A stretch of DNA of 22,982 nt from assembly GCA_964480775.1 (NCBI GenBank), contig CAYZRF010000023.1, positions 3,450 through 26,431 on the forward strand, read 5' to 3'. The notes beneath the pieces are model-generated. The model did no database searches and was not told the origin of the DNA. It was given only the letters and a program-made list of their open reading frames with translations. Positions 15,694 to 22,982 of this stretch are shown piece by piece; position 1 is the first letter of the stretch; every line of letters starts with the position of its first letter. The stretch comes from an uncultured Nitrososphaerota archaeon (GTDB lineage: Archaea > Korarchaeota > Korarchaeia > Korarchaeales > Korarchaeaceae). The position numbers and the translations under genes are program-made.

Positions 15694-16929
15694 TTACCAA
15701 ACTTCCTTTAGGAGCCGTAAGGCATTTCCTCCAATTATCTTAGCAATTTCTTCATCCGAATATCCGTGCTTTATGAGCCATCTTGGTATGTTTTCGAACT
15801 CCGATGGGTTCTCAAGCCCTTTAATGTATTGGACATCCTTAACTAGCTCTTCCACATCAAATTTTTCGGCTGGTTTTCCTGGTCTCTCATAGTGTCCGAA
15901 GCCACCAGTCCTTCTTCTCATTTCTGTAACACGATAGAGGCCAGCATGATCTCCGTACAGAGTGTCTGGACCACAGCCCACATGGTCTATTCCCATGAGC
16001 TCTATGCAATACTCTATGTGCTCCATATATCCTTCCAATCCTCCTTCTGGATGCTTCTTCGTTCTTAATCCAAAGCCAGCTGTCTCTATGCCTATTACTC
16101 CGCCCTTCTCAGCTAATGCCTGTAGAACTTCGTCGGGAAACATCCTTTTGCTTGGAGTAAGGGCTCTAGCCCCAGCATGCGATATAACGATGGGCTTATC
16201 GCTTGCTTCAATAGTGTCCAAAGCTGTTTGATCCCCGGCGTGGCTGACATCTATCAGCATCCCCAATTTATTCATCCTCTTAACCGCATCATAACCAAAG
16301 TCCGTAAGTCCGCCATCTCTAAGCTCGTTTAAGCCAGAACCCAACATGTTGGACTCGCTGTAGCATATGCCCATGGATCTTATTCCCAAGCCGTAAAGAA
16401 CGTCAATCCTATCAAGTTCATTCTCAATACAGCTAGCCGACTCCAAAGCCGCTATCCAGGCAAGCTTACCAGTTCTATGCGCCTCTATAATGTCCTCCAC
16501 CTTCTTACAATGGATGACAAAATCCTGATGTGCAATATCACAGAGCCTCATCCCTAGATCGTGGATTATGTCTGTCCACTTCCAACCGTTTTTCGAAGTT
16601 ATTATACTCTCTCCATCCATCATGTTGTCGAATATCGCATCTATGCCTGAGGAAGCAAGGGCTTCATATGCCATGAACTCCCTTCCCTCACGACAAAGTT
16701 CCCAAGCTTGGCTGATGTCCTCGGGGTAAAGGCAAGGATGCTCGTGAAGATCAATCACTATGCATTTGCTCATTAATTCCTCGAATCTCTCCTCCTCCGT
16801 CTTTGATAATGGAACTCTGTATGCCCATTCTTTTTTGATTGCCTCTCTTAGCTTGAACTCCCTGTAGTCTACTCCGGGCTCGAGATACTGATAGGCCTTG
16901 TATCCAGAATATTTCTTATTTCTACCCAT
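15694..16929 (-). CDS. Membrane dipeptidase-family (peptidase M19) zinc hydrolase
   Basis: Diagnostic motifs are VIDLHEH, GIRSMGICYSESN, IDVSHAGD, ISHAGARAL, GCGPD and GGNALRLL. Confidence 0.9.
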   Translation of the reverse strand: MGRNKKYSGYKAYQYLEPGVDYREFKLREAIKKEWAYRVPLSKTEEERFEELMSKCIVIDLHEHPCLYPEDISQAWELCREGREFMAYEALASSGIDAIFDNMMDGESIITSKNGWKWTDIIHDLGMRLCDIAHQDFVIHCKKVEDIIEAHRTGKLAWIAALESASCIENELDRIDVLYGLGIRSMGICYSESNMLGSGLNELRDGGLTDFGYDAVKRMNKLGMLIDVSHAGDQTALDTIEASDKPIVISHAGARALTPSKRMFPDEVLQALAEKGGVIGIETAGFGLRTKKHPEGGLEGYMEHIEYCIELMGIDHVGCGPDTLYGDHAGLYRVTEMRRRTGGFGHYERPGKPAEKFDVEELVKDVQYIKGLENPSEFENIPRWLIKHGYSDEEIAKIIGGNALRLLKEVW

Positions 16930-17162
16930 CTTCCATCGGGTTTTAGCTTTTCTATTACAAAATTAATGTTTGGTCAAACTAACAGCTACCTCTCTACCTT
17001 ATTTCCCGGTCAGCTTGCCACATCCCAAAACGTTCCCTTCCATTGCCTTCAATACTTGTTTTTTGAGAGACTCTACTTCCAGATTCATGCATACGTCTTA
17101 TTGGACTCAAAGCCGAGTAAGATTAAAAGTAAGACCATAATGAGCTTCCAGGATGATAATTT

Positions 17163-17513
17163 ATGGAAAAAGAAGAGATCAAGACAAAAGAAGATGTAAT
17201 TAGATTTCTAAAAGACAAGACCGAGTTCGAAAGAGCAGTTCTACTTGCAACGTTCGAGATCCCAAAGGGGAAGGTTAGCACGTATAAGAGGATTGCTGAA
17301 AAAATCGGAAAGCCTCATGCTTATAGGGCTGTTGGGAATGCTCTCCACAAGAATCCTCTGGCACCAATAGTTCCGTGCCACAGAGTCGTCAGGTCTGACG
17401 GTGGATTTGGAGGGGACAAGAAGGAGGCAGAAGCAAGAAGAAAGCTACTGGAAAAGGAAGGCGTACCAATCGAGAGAGGCAGAGTGAAACTGAGTAAAGA
17501 CATTCTCTTCTAA
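17163..17513 (+). CDS. Short (116 aa) methylated-DNA-protein-cysteine methyltransferase (AGT/MGMT) C-terminal domain protein with the active-site Cys retained
   Basis: The sequence IPKGKVSTYKRIAEKIGKPHAYRAVGNALHKNPLAPIVPCHRVVRSDGGFGG contains the HTH and the PCHRV acceptor motif. The usual N-terminal domain is absent. Confidence 0.85.
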   Translation: MEKEEIKTKEDVIRFLKDKTEFERAVLLATFEIPKGKVSTYKRIAEKIGKPHAYRAVGNALHKNPLAPIVPCHRVVRSDGGFGGDKKEAEARRKLLEKEGVPIERGRVKLSKDILF

Positions 17514-17565
17514 GATTACATTACAATTGGGTTCAATTCAGACATAGAGGCGAAAAACCTCGCAC

Positions 17566-18201
17566 ATGGATGAAGAGGAGGTTGGGTCATTATATAACAA
17601 GTTCGCTAGTTTTCCTCTCTTTTTGCAATTAGATGCCTTGTTTGGCAGAGCCACTGAAAATTCTGTTTACCGAAAAAAGGCGATTGCACTATTGAATTTA
17701 ACTTCAAACTCCACAGTTCTAGATGTAGCCTGTGGAATAGGGTTTAACTTCAAAATATTGGAAAGTTACTTGCAAAACAAAGGAAAGCTTGTTGGAATCG
17801 ATATATCACCCAAATCATTAGAATTGGCAAGGAAAAGGGGAAATAAGAATAAGTGGACCAATATAGAGCTTGTTAACATGAGCATCACGGAATATGAGCC
17901 AGAGATCCGCTTTGATGCTGTTCTCTGTACCTTTGCCCTTGAGGTAATACCCTATTACGAGGCTGCAATTGAAAGGATGTTCAGTCTGCTGAAACCAAAG
18001 GGAAGGTTTGCCATGATCGGGATGAAGTTAAGTTCAAAGAGGCCATATAGTATGTTGAACCCTTTCCTCAGTTGGCTATACAAGATAGGTGGAATAGATA
18101 TTGACAGGAATTTGGTGAAATGCATTAAGTCGAGATTTAATGGGATAGATCACTATGAAGAGTGCTTTTTTGGGCTTTTATTACATCTTAAGCGCATCTA
18201 A
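17566..18201 (+). CDS. Class I SAM-dependent methyltransferase
   Basis: Motif I is VLDVACGIGFN. The post-I acidic segment is LVGIDISPKSLELAR. FDAVLCTFAL and LKPKGRFAM are also present. Confidence 0.85.
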   Translation: MDEEEVGSLYNKFASFPLFLQLDALFGRATENSVYRKKAIALLNLTSNSTVLDVACGIGFNFKILESYLQNKGKLVGIDISPKSLELARKRGNKNKWTNIELVNMSITEYEPEIRFDAVLCTFALEVIPYYEAAIERMFSLLKPKGRFAMIGMKLSSKRPYSMLNPFLSWLYKIGGIDIDRNLVKCIKSRFNGIDHYEECFFGLLLHLKRI

Positions 18202-18301
18202 ACCTCAATAATTTACCAATTATGTTTAAAGCTGTGAGGAGGTTTAACCCTTGAGATCTCCTTTGAAAAGGATTATAAATTAACGTTCTAAAGATTTCAA
18301 C

Positions 18302-18766
18302 ATGTCAGAAGCAATAAAGGAGACATCGAAGAGGATAACTGAGTTACTTGAAAAGATGAAATTGAAGTTCTTCATGGGAAACGATGTTAGGGAATTCATT
18401 GTTCCTTTTCTAATAGATACTTCTAAAGGAAAAGTCAAGACGAATGTGTTGATAAGAATCGCAGGCGACTGGATCCTAACGGTTGCTCCCTTGATTGACA
18501 TAGGTTCTATTCCTAGCAATGATGACAGGCTAAAGCTATTTGAAAGGTTGCTTATCGACAACTATTATTTGAAAGAGGTAACATTCGGCCTGTCTAAAGA
18601 AGGAACGATAGTTGTTCATGCAGAAACGCACAAGGATGCTTTAACCCTTGAAAACTTCAGATCAGAATTTTTCAGTGTAGTATTTGGAGTGCAGCACTTC
18701 GCTGAAAAAATAATTCCTGAGTTCAAGAAATACAAAGAAAAGAGCCATTTGGAATACGTCTTTTGA
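18302..18766 (+). CDS. Hypothetical cytoplasmic protein (possibly a YbjN/secretion-chaperone-like alpha/beta fold)
   Basis: This is a clean ATG-initiated ORF with protein-like composition. The fold suggestion rests only on size and on a pattern of an N-terminal helix followed by beta strands. Confidence 0.55.
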   Translation: MSEAIKETSKRITELLEKMKLKFFMGNDVREFIVPFLIDTSKGKVKTNVLIRIAGDWILTVAPLIDIGSIPSNDDRLKLFERLLIDNYYLKEVTFGLSKEGTIVVHAETHKDALTLENFRSEFFSVVFGVQHFAEKIIPEFKKYKEKSHLEYVF

Positions 18767-18859
18767 ACTATTAAGAGAGGCAGAGATTGGTGAAAGAACT
18801 CTTCACCTCGTTTATGGTGCTATGGGCATGCTTAGGAATACTAGTAGACAGTGTAGGCA

Positions 18860-19369
18860 CTACTGCTGCTCTCGTCTCATTTTACGTGCTCTCTCTAACT
18901 CCTTTAGGTACCAGTTCGTATCCTCCTCTATCCACTTCTTAACATCGTACCTTACAGGCTTCCCCGTGCTGTCCAGTATGATAACTTCCTCTATCTCCGA
19001 GTTGATGATCTTACGCCTGCACCTAAGGCAAGGTTCAGTCGTAACGTAGTTTCCTTCGGCATCGTAGCCAGCAATGTAGAGCTTTGCTCCAATCCTGTCC
19101 TCCCTGTTGGAATTTATAATCGCATTCTCCTCAGCGTGAACCGCAGGACACAGGTCATAGGCCCTGTCGTGTGGGAGGTCAAGCAAGTCCTTAATGCAAC
19201 CGACCTCAATGCAGTTGACGACGCCTTTAGCAGTTCCGTTGTAGCCAGTGCCCACGATCGTGTTCCCCTTGACGATGACTGCCCCTATCTTCCTTCTAAG
19301 GCAGGTTGAACGGGCGGCAACAGCAAGAGCAATATTCAGGAAATACTTTGTCTTATCAGGTCTTTCCAT
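18860..19369 (-). CDS. dCMP/cytidine deaminase-family zinc enzyme (ComEB/dCMP deaminase-like)
   Basis: The zinc motifs HAEENAI and PCLRCRRKI are present, and the N-terminal YFLNIALAVAARSTCLRRKIGAVIV is typical of the family. Confidence 0.9.
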   Translation of the reverse strand: MERPDKTKYFLNIALAVAARSTCLRRKIGAVIVKGNTIVGTGYNGTAKGVVNCIEVGCIKDLLDLPHDRAYDLCPAVHAEENAIINSNREDRIGAKLYIAGYDAEGNYVTTEPCLRCRRKIINSEIEEVIILDSTGKPVRYDVKKWIEEDTNWYLKELERARKMRREQQ

Positions 19370-19752
19370 TCTAGTGACCTCGATTGATCACGAATCAGAA
19401 TTCAATAAAAAGAGGTAAACCCTGATTTCTACTATACCAGGAGATGGGCTGGCCCGTTTGAGTTCACTGCATGTCTCTACTTAAAGCTCCGAGTATTTCT
19501 TTCTCATTTCCCTCTATTTTTTGTGATTTATCCTCTAACCTCGCTCAAGGAAATCTCGTAGTCGAAAAGGGGGAAATCTGAACCAACGCGCTTCTCGAAC
19601 TTTAGCTCCCTCAGCGAGAGTGAAAATCGACCATAGAACAGGCTCGCTTCTTCGAAGATTTTTTCGTCGTAAAGGATGTCTTCAAGCAATGGGATTAAAT
19701 GTTTTCCTGCTAGAGGCAAAGGTAGAGATCAAGGAAATCAGGAGGGTTGATT

Positions 19753-20682
19753 TTGGCTAGATTTATAAGAAAACTCAAGCCAAGCGAGTTGGATCTCATT
19801 CGAAACTGCACGTTCGGTCCCCTCAACGAACCCATTGAAAGTGTGAGACCAGGCGAAGAGCTCATCATTGAGACCTGCGACTGCTACGGAGACGTAGTAA
19901 CGCCGGAGCAACCGCTTGAGGTAATTCTGAGGGAAGGACTCCCGATCTTTGAAAATCCTGTGACAGGACCCCTATTTGTGGAAGGAGCCGAAAAAGGGGA
20001 TGCCCTGGTCGTGGAGATCATGGACATAGAGCTGCCGGAAATGGGCATAATAACGATGGAGCCGAAAGCTGGTGCCTTGCGACCTTGGTTGGAGGAGCAG
20101 GCCACGAGAACCAAGTTCGTAAGGATAGAAGACGGGATCATATACTACAAAACCGAGGATGGAAGGACAATTGAGCTTGAAGCGAAGCCTTTCATAGGGA
20201 CCATAGGCGTCGCTCCAGAAAGCGAGGCCATCTCAACCTTCACGCCTGGGAAGCACGGAGGGAACATGGACTGCCCTGATGTTTGCCCAGGTAACAAGCT
20301 GTACCTGCCTATTTCAGTTGAAGGAGCACTTTTCGGGCTTGGAGATGTACATGCGCTGCAAGGAGATGGGGAAATATGCGGCTACGCAGTGGAGATACCA
20401 TCAAGGGTAAGGCTAAAGTTGAGCTTAAAGAAGAACTGCAAAATAGAGTGGCCTCGTATAGAAACTTCTGACGCAATAATAACGGTTTGCAGCGCTAAGC
20501 CTTTGGAAGATGCTGCCCGGCTGGCTTTCTTGGAGATAATAAAGTGGCTAGAGCAGGATTATGGGTTCGAGAGGTATGATGCGTACATGTTCCTTAGCAT
20601 AGCAGCCAAATCCAGAATAACGCAGATAGTGGATCCCCTTTACACAGTAGAAGCAATCTTGCCAAAGGAACGCTTGTCGTAG
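19753..20682 (+). CDS. Acetamidase/formamidase-family amidohydrolase
   Basis: The family core is GKHGGNMDCPDVCPGNKLYLPISVEGALFGLGDVHALQGDGEICGYAVEIP. GGAGGG (19741-19746) sits 6 nt before the TTG at 19753. The ORF track starts at the adjacent TTG at 19747. Confidence 0.88.
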   Translation: MARFIRKLKPSELDLIRNCTFGPLNEPIESVRPGEELIIETCDCYGDVVTPEQPLEVILREGLPIFENPVTGPLFVEGAEKGDALVVEIMDIELPEMGIITMEPKAGALRPWLEEQATRTKFVRIEDGIIYYKTEDGRTIELEAKPFIGTIGVAPESEAISTFTPGKHGGNMDCPDVCPGNKLYLPISVEGALFGLGDVHALQGDGEICGYAVEIPSRVRLKLSLKKNCKIEWPRIETSDAIITVCSAKPLEDAARLAFLEIIKWLEQDYGFERYDAYMFLSIAAKSRITQIVDPLYTVEAILPKERLS

Positions 20683-20746
20683 GAAATAAACTATGTTAAA
20701 CGTGCTGTCTATGAGTGATGGTCTAGCAGTTTGTCATATGTGATCT

Positions 20747-21028
20747 TTAAGGAGGGAGAATACTGCCCCAAAACGTCACATAATAAGCGTCTTCACAGCT
20801 CGCAACCCGCCTTCCAAAAGGAACCCAGTGCACCTTGTAGTCGCATATCTGCATGTAGGTCCTAATTCCATTGAGAAATTCAATCCATGCAAAGGTTCCG
20901 TCCTTGTGCCCCCTCTCCCTCAGTATTCTATCGTGGATTTCCTTATCATCCAGCCAAGGAGCCCAGGCCAAGATGAAGATGACTAATAAGACTATAGTTT
21001 CAACCGCTATTTTCCTGTTGGCTTCCAT
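20747..21028 (-). CDS. Small hypothetical membrane protein (one N-terminal TM helix)
   Basis: It has an ATG start, a TM helix (VETIVLLVIFILAWAPW) and a Trp/His-rich soluble part. I recognised no family. Confidence 0.45.
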   Translation of the reverse strand: MEANRKIAVETIVLLVIFILAWAPWLDDKEIHDRILRERGHKDGTFAWIEFLNGIRTYMQICDYKVHWVPFGRRVASCEDAYYVTFWGSILPP

Positions 21029-21291
21029 GAGACGTTTCTCAAAGGATTTGAGCAGAAATAAAGCTTTCTAACTAACCACCGACTGATTCATTGATTTAAG
21101 ACACGAATCGGAAGCGTATCAACTTCGTTTTTGCTCTTCCTCCACGTTCTATCATTCTCAGAGGAGTTTCCAATGTAAAATACGTCTCCAAAAGTAGCAT
21201 TTCTAAGTATTTCAAGGAAAGAGATTGCTCGAAGTTAAATATCATGAAGTTGAAGAGGGTCTTGGTAGAAAATGAAAAGAGTTCGTGAGAG

Positions 21292-21729
21292 ATGAGTAAT
21301 GAGATTGTGTTTTTCGATGTAGACGTAATCCTTTGTGGTCATTGGCTATCTTCTTCAAGGAATGATGGAGTTATAGAATCTAAGAAAGCTAAAAGAAGAG
21401 GTTATAGAACTGTAATATTCTCACCGCAAAATGAGCTATTTTACAGGAAAAAAGTTGAGCGGGAATTGAAAGCCGTCGGAGCGGAGTGGGACGAGTTAGT
21501 AATGAGATCAAGCGAAGATTCCGTCGGAAATCTCCAGCTTATAGGAATTAAGCTGAGAAATGAAGTGGAAAGAGGTAACGTAATAGAAGTTCACGTTCCC
21601 ACGAAAGCAAGGCTTCGTGAGCTGATTAAGATAGCTCCAAACGCTTTATTCTTCCTTTATGCAGATTGTACTCTATCGCGAGACAAATGGGGTGAATTGA
21701 TAATCAAAAGAGGCAAGGAGTGGTACTAA
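21292..21729 (+). CDS. Hypothetical protein (145 aa)
   Basis: This is an ATG-initiated ORF with host-like K/E-rich composition. The N-terminal IVFFDVDV resembles HAD motif I only weakly, so I assign no family. Confidence 0.5.
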   Translation: MSNEIVFFDVDVILCGHWLSSSRNDGVIESKKAKRRGYRTVIFSPQNELFYRKKVERELKAVGAEWDELVMRSSEDSVGNLQLIGIKLRNEVERGNVIEVHVPTKARLRELIKIAPNALFFLYADCTLSRDKWGELIIKRGKEWY

Positions 21730-22085
21730 AATCAAATTAATTGAGACCCCTTAGAATACATTATCTTGCCTCCAACGATGCTTGACATCCTCGTTTGAAC
21801 CAACCTTAAGGATTCTGCCATTCGCAATAGCAATTTCCTCGGCGCTAGGTAGTTTTTCTGACATGGTTATTACGTCGGCATTCAATAGAACTAAATGCAC
21901 TACACCCCGCTTTTAATATCCAAAATTTAGCATCCTGCGGCATTTATCTTACATCATTAACACAGTAAGTTAGTCGATCACGCAAAGCCTTTAAATTGAG
22001 ACTTTACACGTGAAACAGAACGCATGGTTTACAAAATAACATGCCTAAACAGAATATCAAAGGATTTGGATGCACAGCTTACTTT

Positions 22086-22925
22086 CTAATGAAAACACCG
22101 AGCTGGAAAGGCATCTTCCAATAGATCCCAGTTCCCCCCAGAGCGTATTCTTGCAATGATTTCTAGAAGTTCATTGTGCACCCTATAACTGTCCAGAGAT
22201 TCCAACATTGGCAGCAACACGCTCAAACCTGCGGATGGTTTTTCTACCCTGTATTTCGTGGAGGAAAGCCCAGGATAGCTCCTTCGGTTAGGGGGCCAGT
22301 TCGCTTGCGATCCGCGTAAAAAGCTTTTTCCTCGTGGCCTTTCTACTATTGCAGCAGATAAGGATTGTAGACGCAACTTAATATCTTTAGGTGCCTGAGC
22401 CCATCGAAACCGATCCTTCAAAGCAGCTGCGCTGAGTTCAGAGAAGGTTTCTTCGGAGGCCGCCCCTCTACCGAGCTTGGTCCCGAACTTCCAAGCGATA
22501 TCCCACGAAACGCAGGATTCGCCCTGGCTTAAGTAAACCTCCACCCACAAGGGAGGAACGGTGTTGTAACTTTGTACCCTAGTCCTAAAGGAGGGTTCCC
22601 TTACGACCATGAGCAAGCGATGGGGCTCTTCAAGGTTAAAAGATGCAAGACATCTTCCGTCGGCAGCGAACAGTTCCACTGAAGGAGGATCATAGATCAA
22701 GCGCAGTGAAGGAGGACGCCATAAAGGGCGTAGAAGGAAAAGGGGTCCAAATATAGAAGCTAGCGCACCCACAATCAACAGTGGTAGCCAAATGACTGGT
22801 GACAGATCCTCTGGAAGGCCTCGAAAGAGCAATATGAGAAGGACCGCGCTAAGGAATACAACGAACAATCCGATGACTGCGTCGCGTAAAGGGCGGTTTG
22901 GCTGAAGAAAGAGCTCGTAGCGCAT
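22086..22925 (-). CDS. Hypothetical membrane protein (two N-terminal TM helices) with atypical composition
   Basis: This is an 837-nt ORF with an ATG start. Two hydrophobic helices (VIGLFVVFLSAVLLILLF and VIWLPLLIVGALASIFGPLFLL) are followed by a soluble domain of about 200 aa rich in R/P/L/S. Sampled 60-nt blocks are 50-58% GC, and Arg is encoded by CGC, unlike the rest of the window. Confidence 0.65.
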   Translation of the reverse strand: MRYELFLQPNRPLRDAVIGLFVVFLSAVLLILLFRGLPEDLSPVIWLPLLIVGALASIFGPLFLLRPLWRPPSLRLIYDPPSVELFAADGRCLASFNLEEPHRLLMVVREPSFRTRVQSYNTVPPLWVEVYLSQGESCVSWDIAWKFGTKLGRGAASEETFSELSAAALKDRFRWAQAPKDIKLRLQSLSAAIVERPRGKSFLRGSQANWPPNRRSYPGLSSTKYRVEKPSAGLSVLLPMLESLDSYRVHNELLEIIARIRSGGNWDLLEDAFPARCFH

Positions 22926-22982
22926 TAATCATAATTCAAGTGCGTTTCTCTTAAATTTTTCTTTAGATTTCTTAGAAAAGAT

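Noticed and set aside
16966-17199. A 77-aa plus-strand ORF in the spacer between the dipeptidase and alkyltransferase genes
   Set aside because: It overlaps the alkyltransferase start out of frame. Its composition is odd (an F/L/Q/Y-rich N-part and a K-rich tail), and it has no ribosome-binding site. It is more likely chance in an AT-rich divergent promoter region.
19528-19719. A 63-aa minus-strand ORF in the 377-bp spacer upstream of the formamidase gene
   Set aside because: It has only a TTG start, no convincing ribosome-binding site and no recognisable motif, and it occupies the expected promoter region. It could be a real small gene or a gene remnant, but I cannot support it from the sequence alone.
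9384-21071. Remaining short ORFs from the track (9384..9581, 9443..9640, 11154..11387, 11649..11966, 13644..14048, 15343..15561, 15962..16231, 17321..17503, 18280..18561, 18822..19049, 19884..20141, 20871..21071)
   Set aside because: Each is nested in, or antisense to, a gene with strong family motifs on the other strand or frame. None has independent signals.
21751-21864. A 37-aa minus-strand ORF (MSEKLPSAEEIAIANGRILKVGSNEDVKHRWRQDNVF) in the non-coding stretch before the foreign gene, and an ATG-less reading frame at about 21090-21230 (..GDVFYIGNSSEND..) vaguely reminiscent of a HAD motif
   Set aside because: Both are too short and lack diagnostic motifs. They may be decayed gene remnants flanking an insertion, but that is speculation.
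1-22982. A search by eye for tRNA/rRNA genes, CRISPR repeat arrays, C/D-box sRNAs (RUGAUGA...CUGA pairs), integrases, transposases and terminal inverted repeats
   Set aside because: I found none of these. The only near C-box (GTGATGG at about 20713-20719) has a mismatch and no paired D box. No periodically spaced repeats were seen. I therefore make no mobile-element or RNA-gene calls, but a covariance-model scan would be the proper test.

Overview
This 22,982-bp window is about 40-43% GC and densely coding on both strands. It looks like chromosomal DNA from an archaeon, probably a thermophile. The support is inference only: TATA-like boxes sit 25-45 nt upstream of starts, several genes appear leaderless, others have GGAGG/GGTG-type ribosome-binding sites with frequent TTG starts, proteins are K/E/I/R-rich with AGA/AGG Arg codons, and there is an Hjc/YraN-like nuclease. 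I saw no rRNA, tRNA, CRISPR array, integrase or transposase. Most genes are ordinary housekeeping or metabolic genes:
- a frameshifted MFS transporter
- a GNAT acetyltransferase
- a transglutaminase-like surface protein with an anchored CARDB-like partner
- a HAD phosphatase
- a CapA-like metallophosphatase
- an M19 dipeptidase
- a short alkyltransferase-domain protein
- a SAM methyltransferase
- a dCMP deaminase
- an acetamidase/formamidase

The stand-out region is 1424-8969, a divergent four-gene cluster. A 1035-aa HerA/FtsK-superfamily P-loop ATPase carries a large unrecognised N-terminal domain and a Cys-rich C-terminal domain. It sits 14 nt downstream of a 3-TM membrane protein whose cytoplasmic part is a tandem duplication of an OB-fold-like module. 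On the opposite strand is a 1016-aa very acidic protein with no recognisable catalytic domain, overlapping by 32 nt a small DnaJ-type four-CxxC zinc-finger protein. None of the canonical HerA partners (NurA, Mre11/Rad50, SIR2, DUF4297) is present. I propose it, as inference, as an uncharacterised membrane-associated translocation or defence module.

A second notable region is the right end (22086-22925), a compositionally foreign gene at 50-58% GC with CGC Arg codons.
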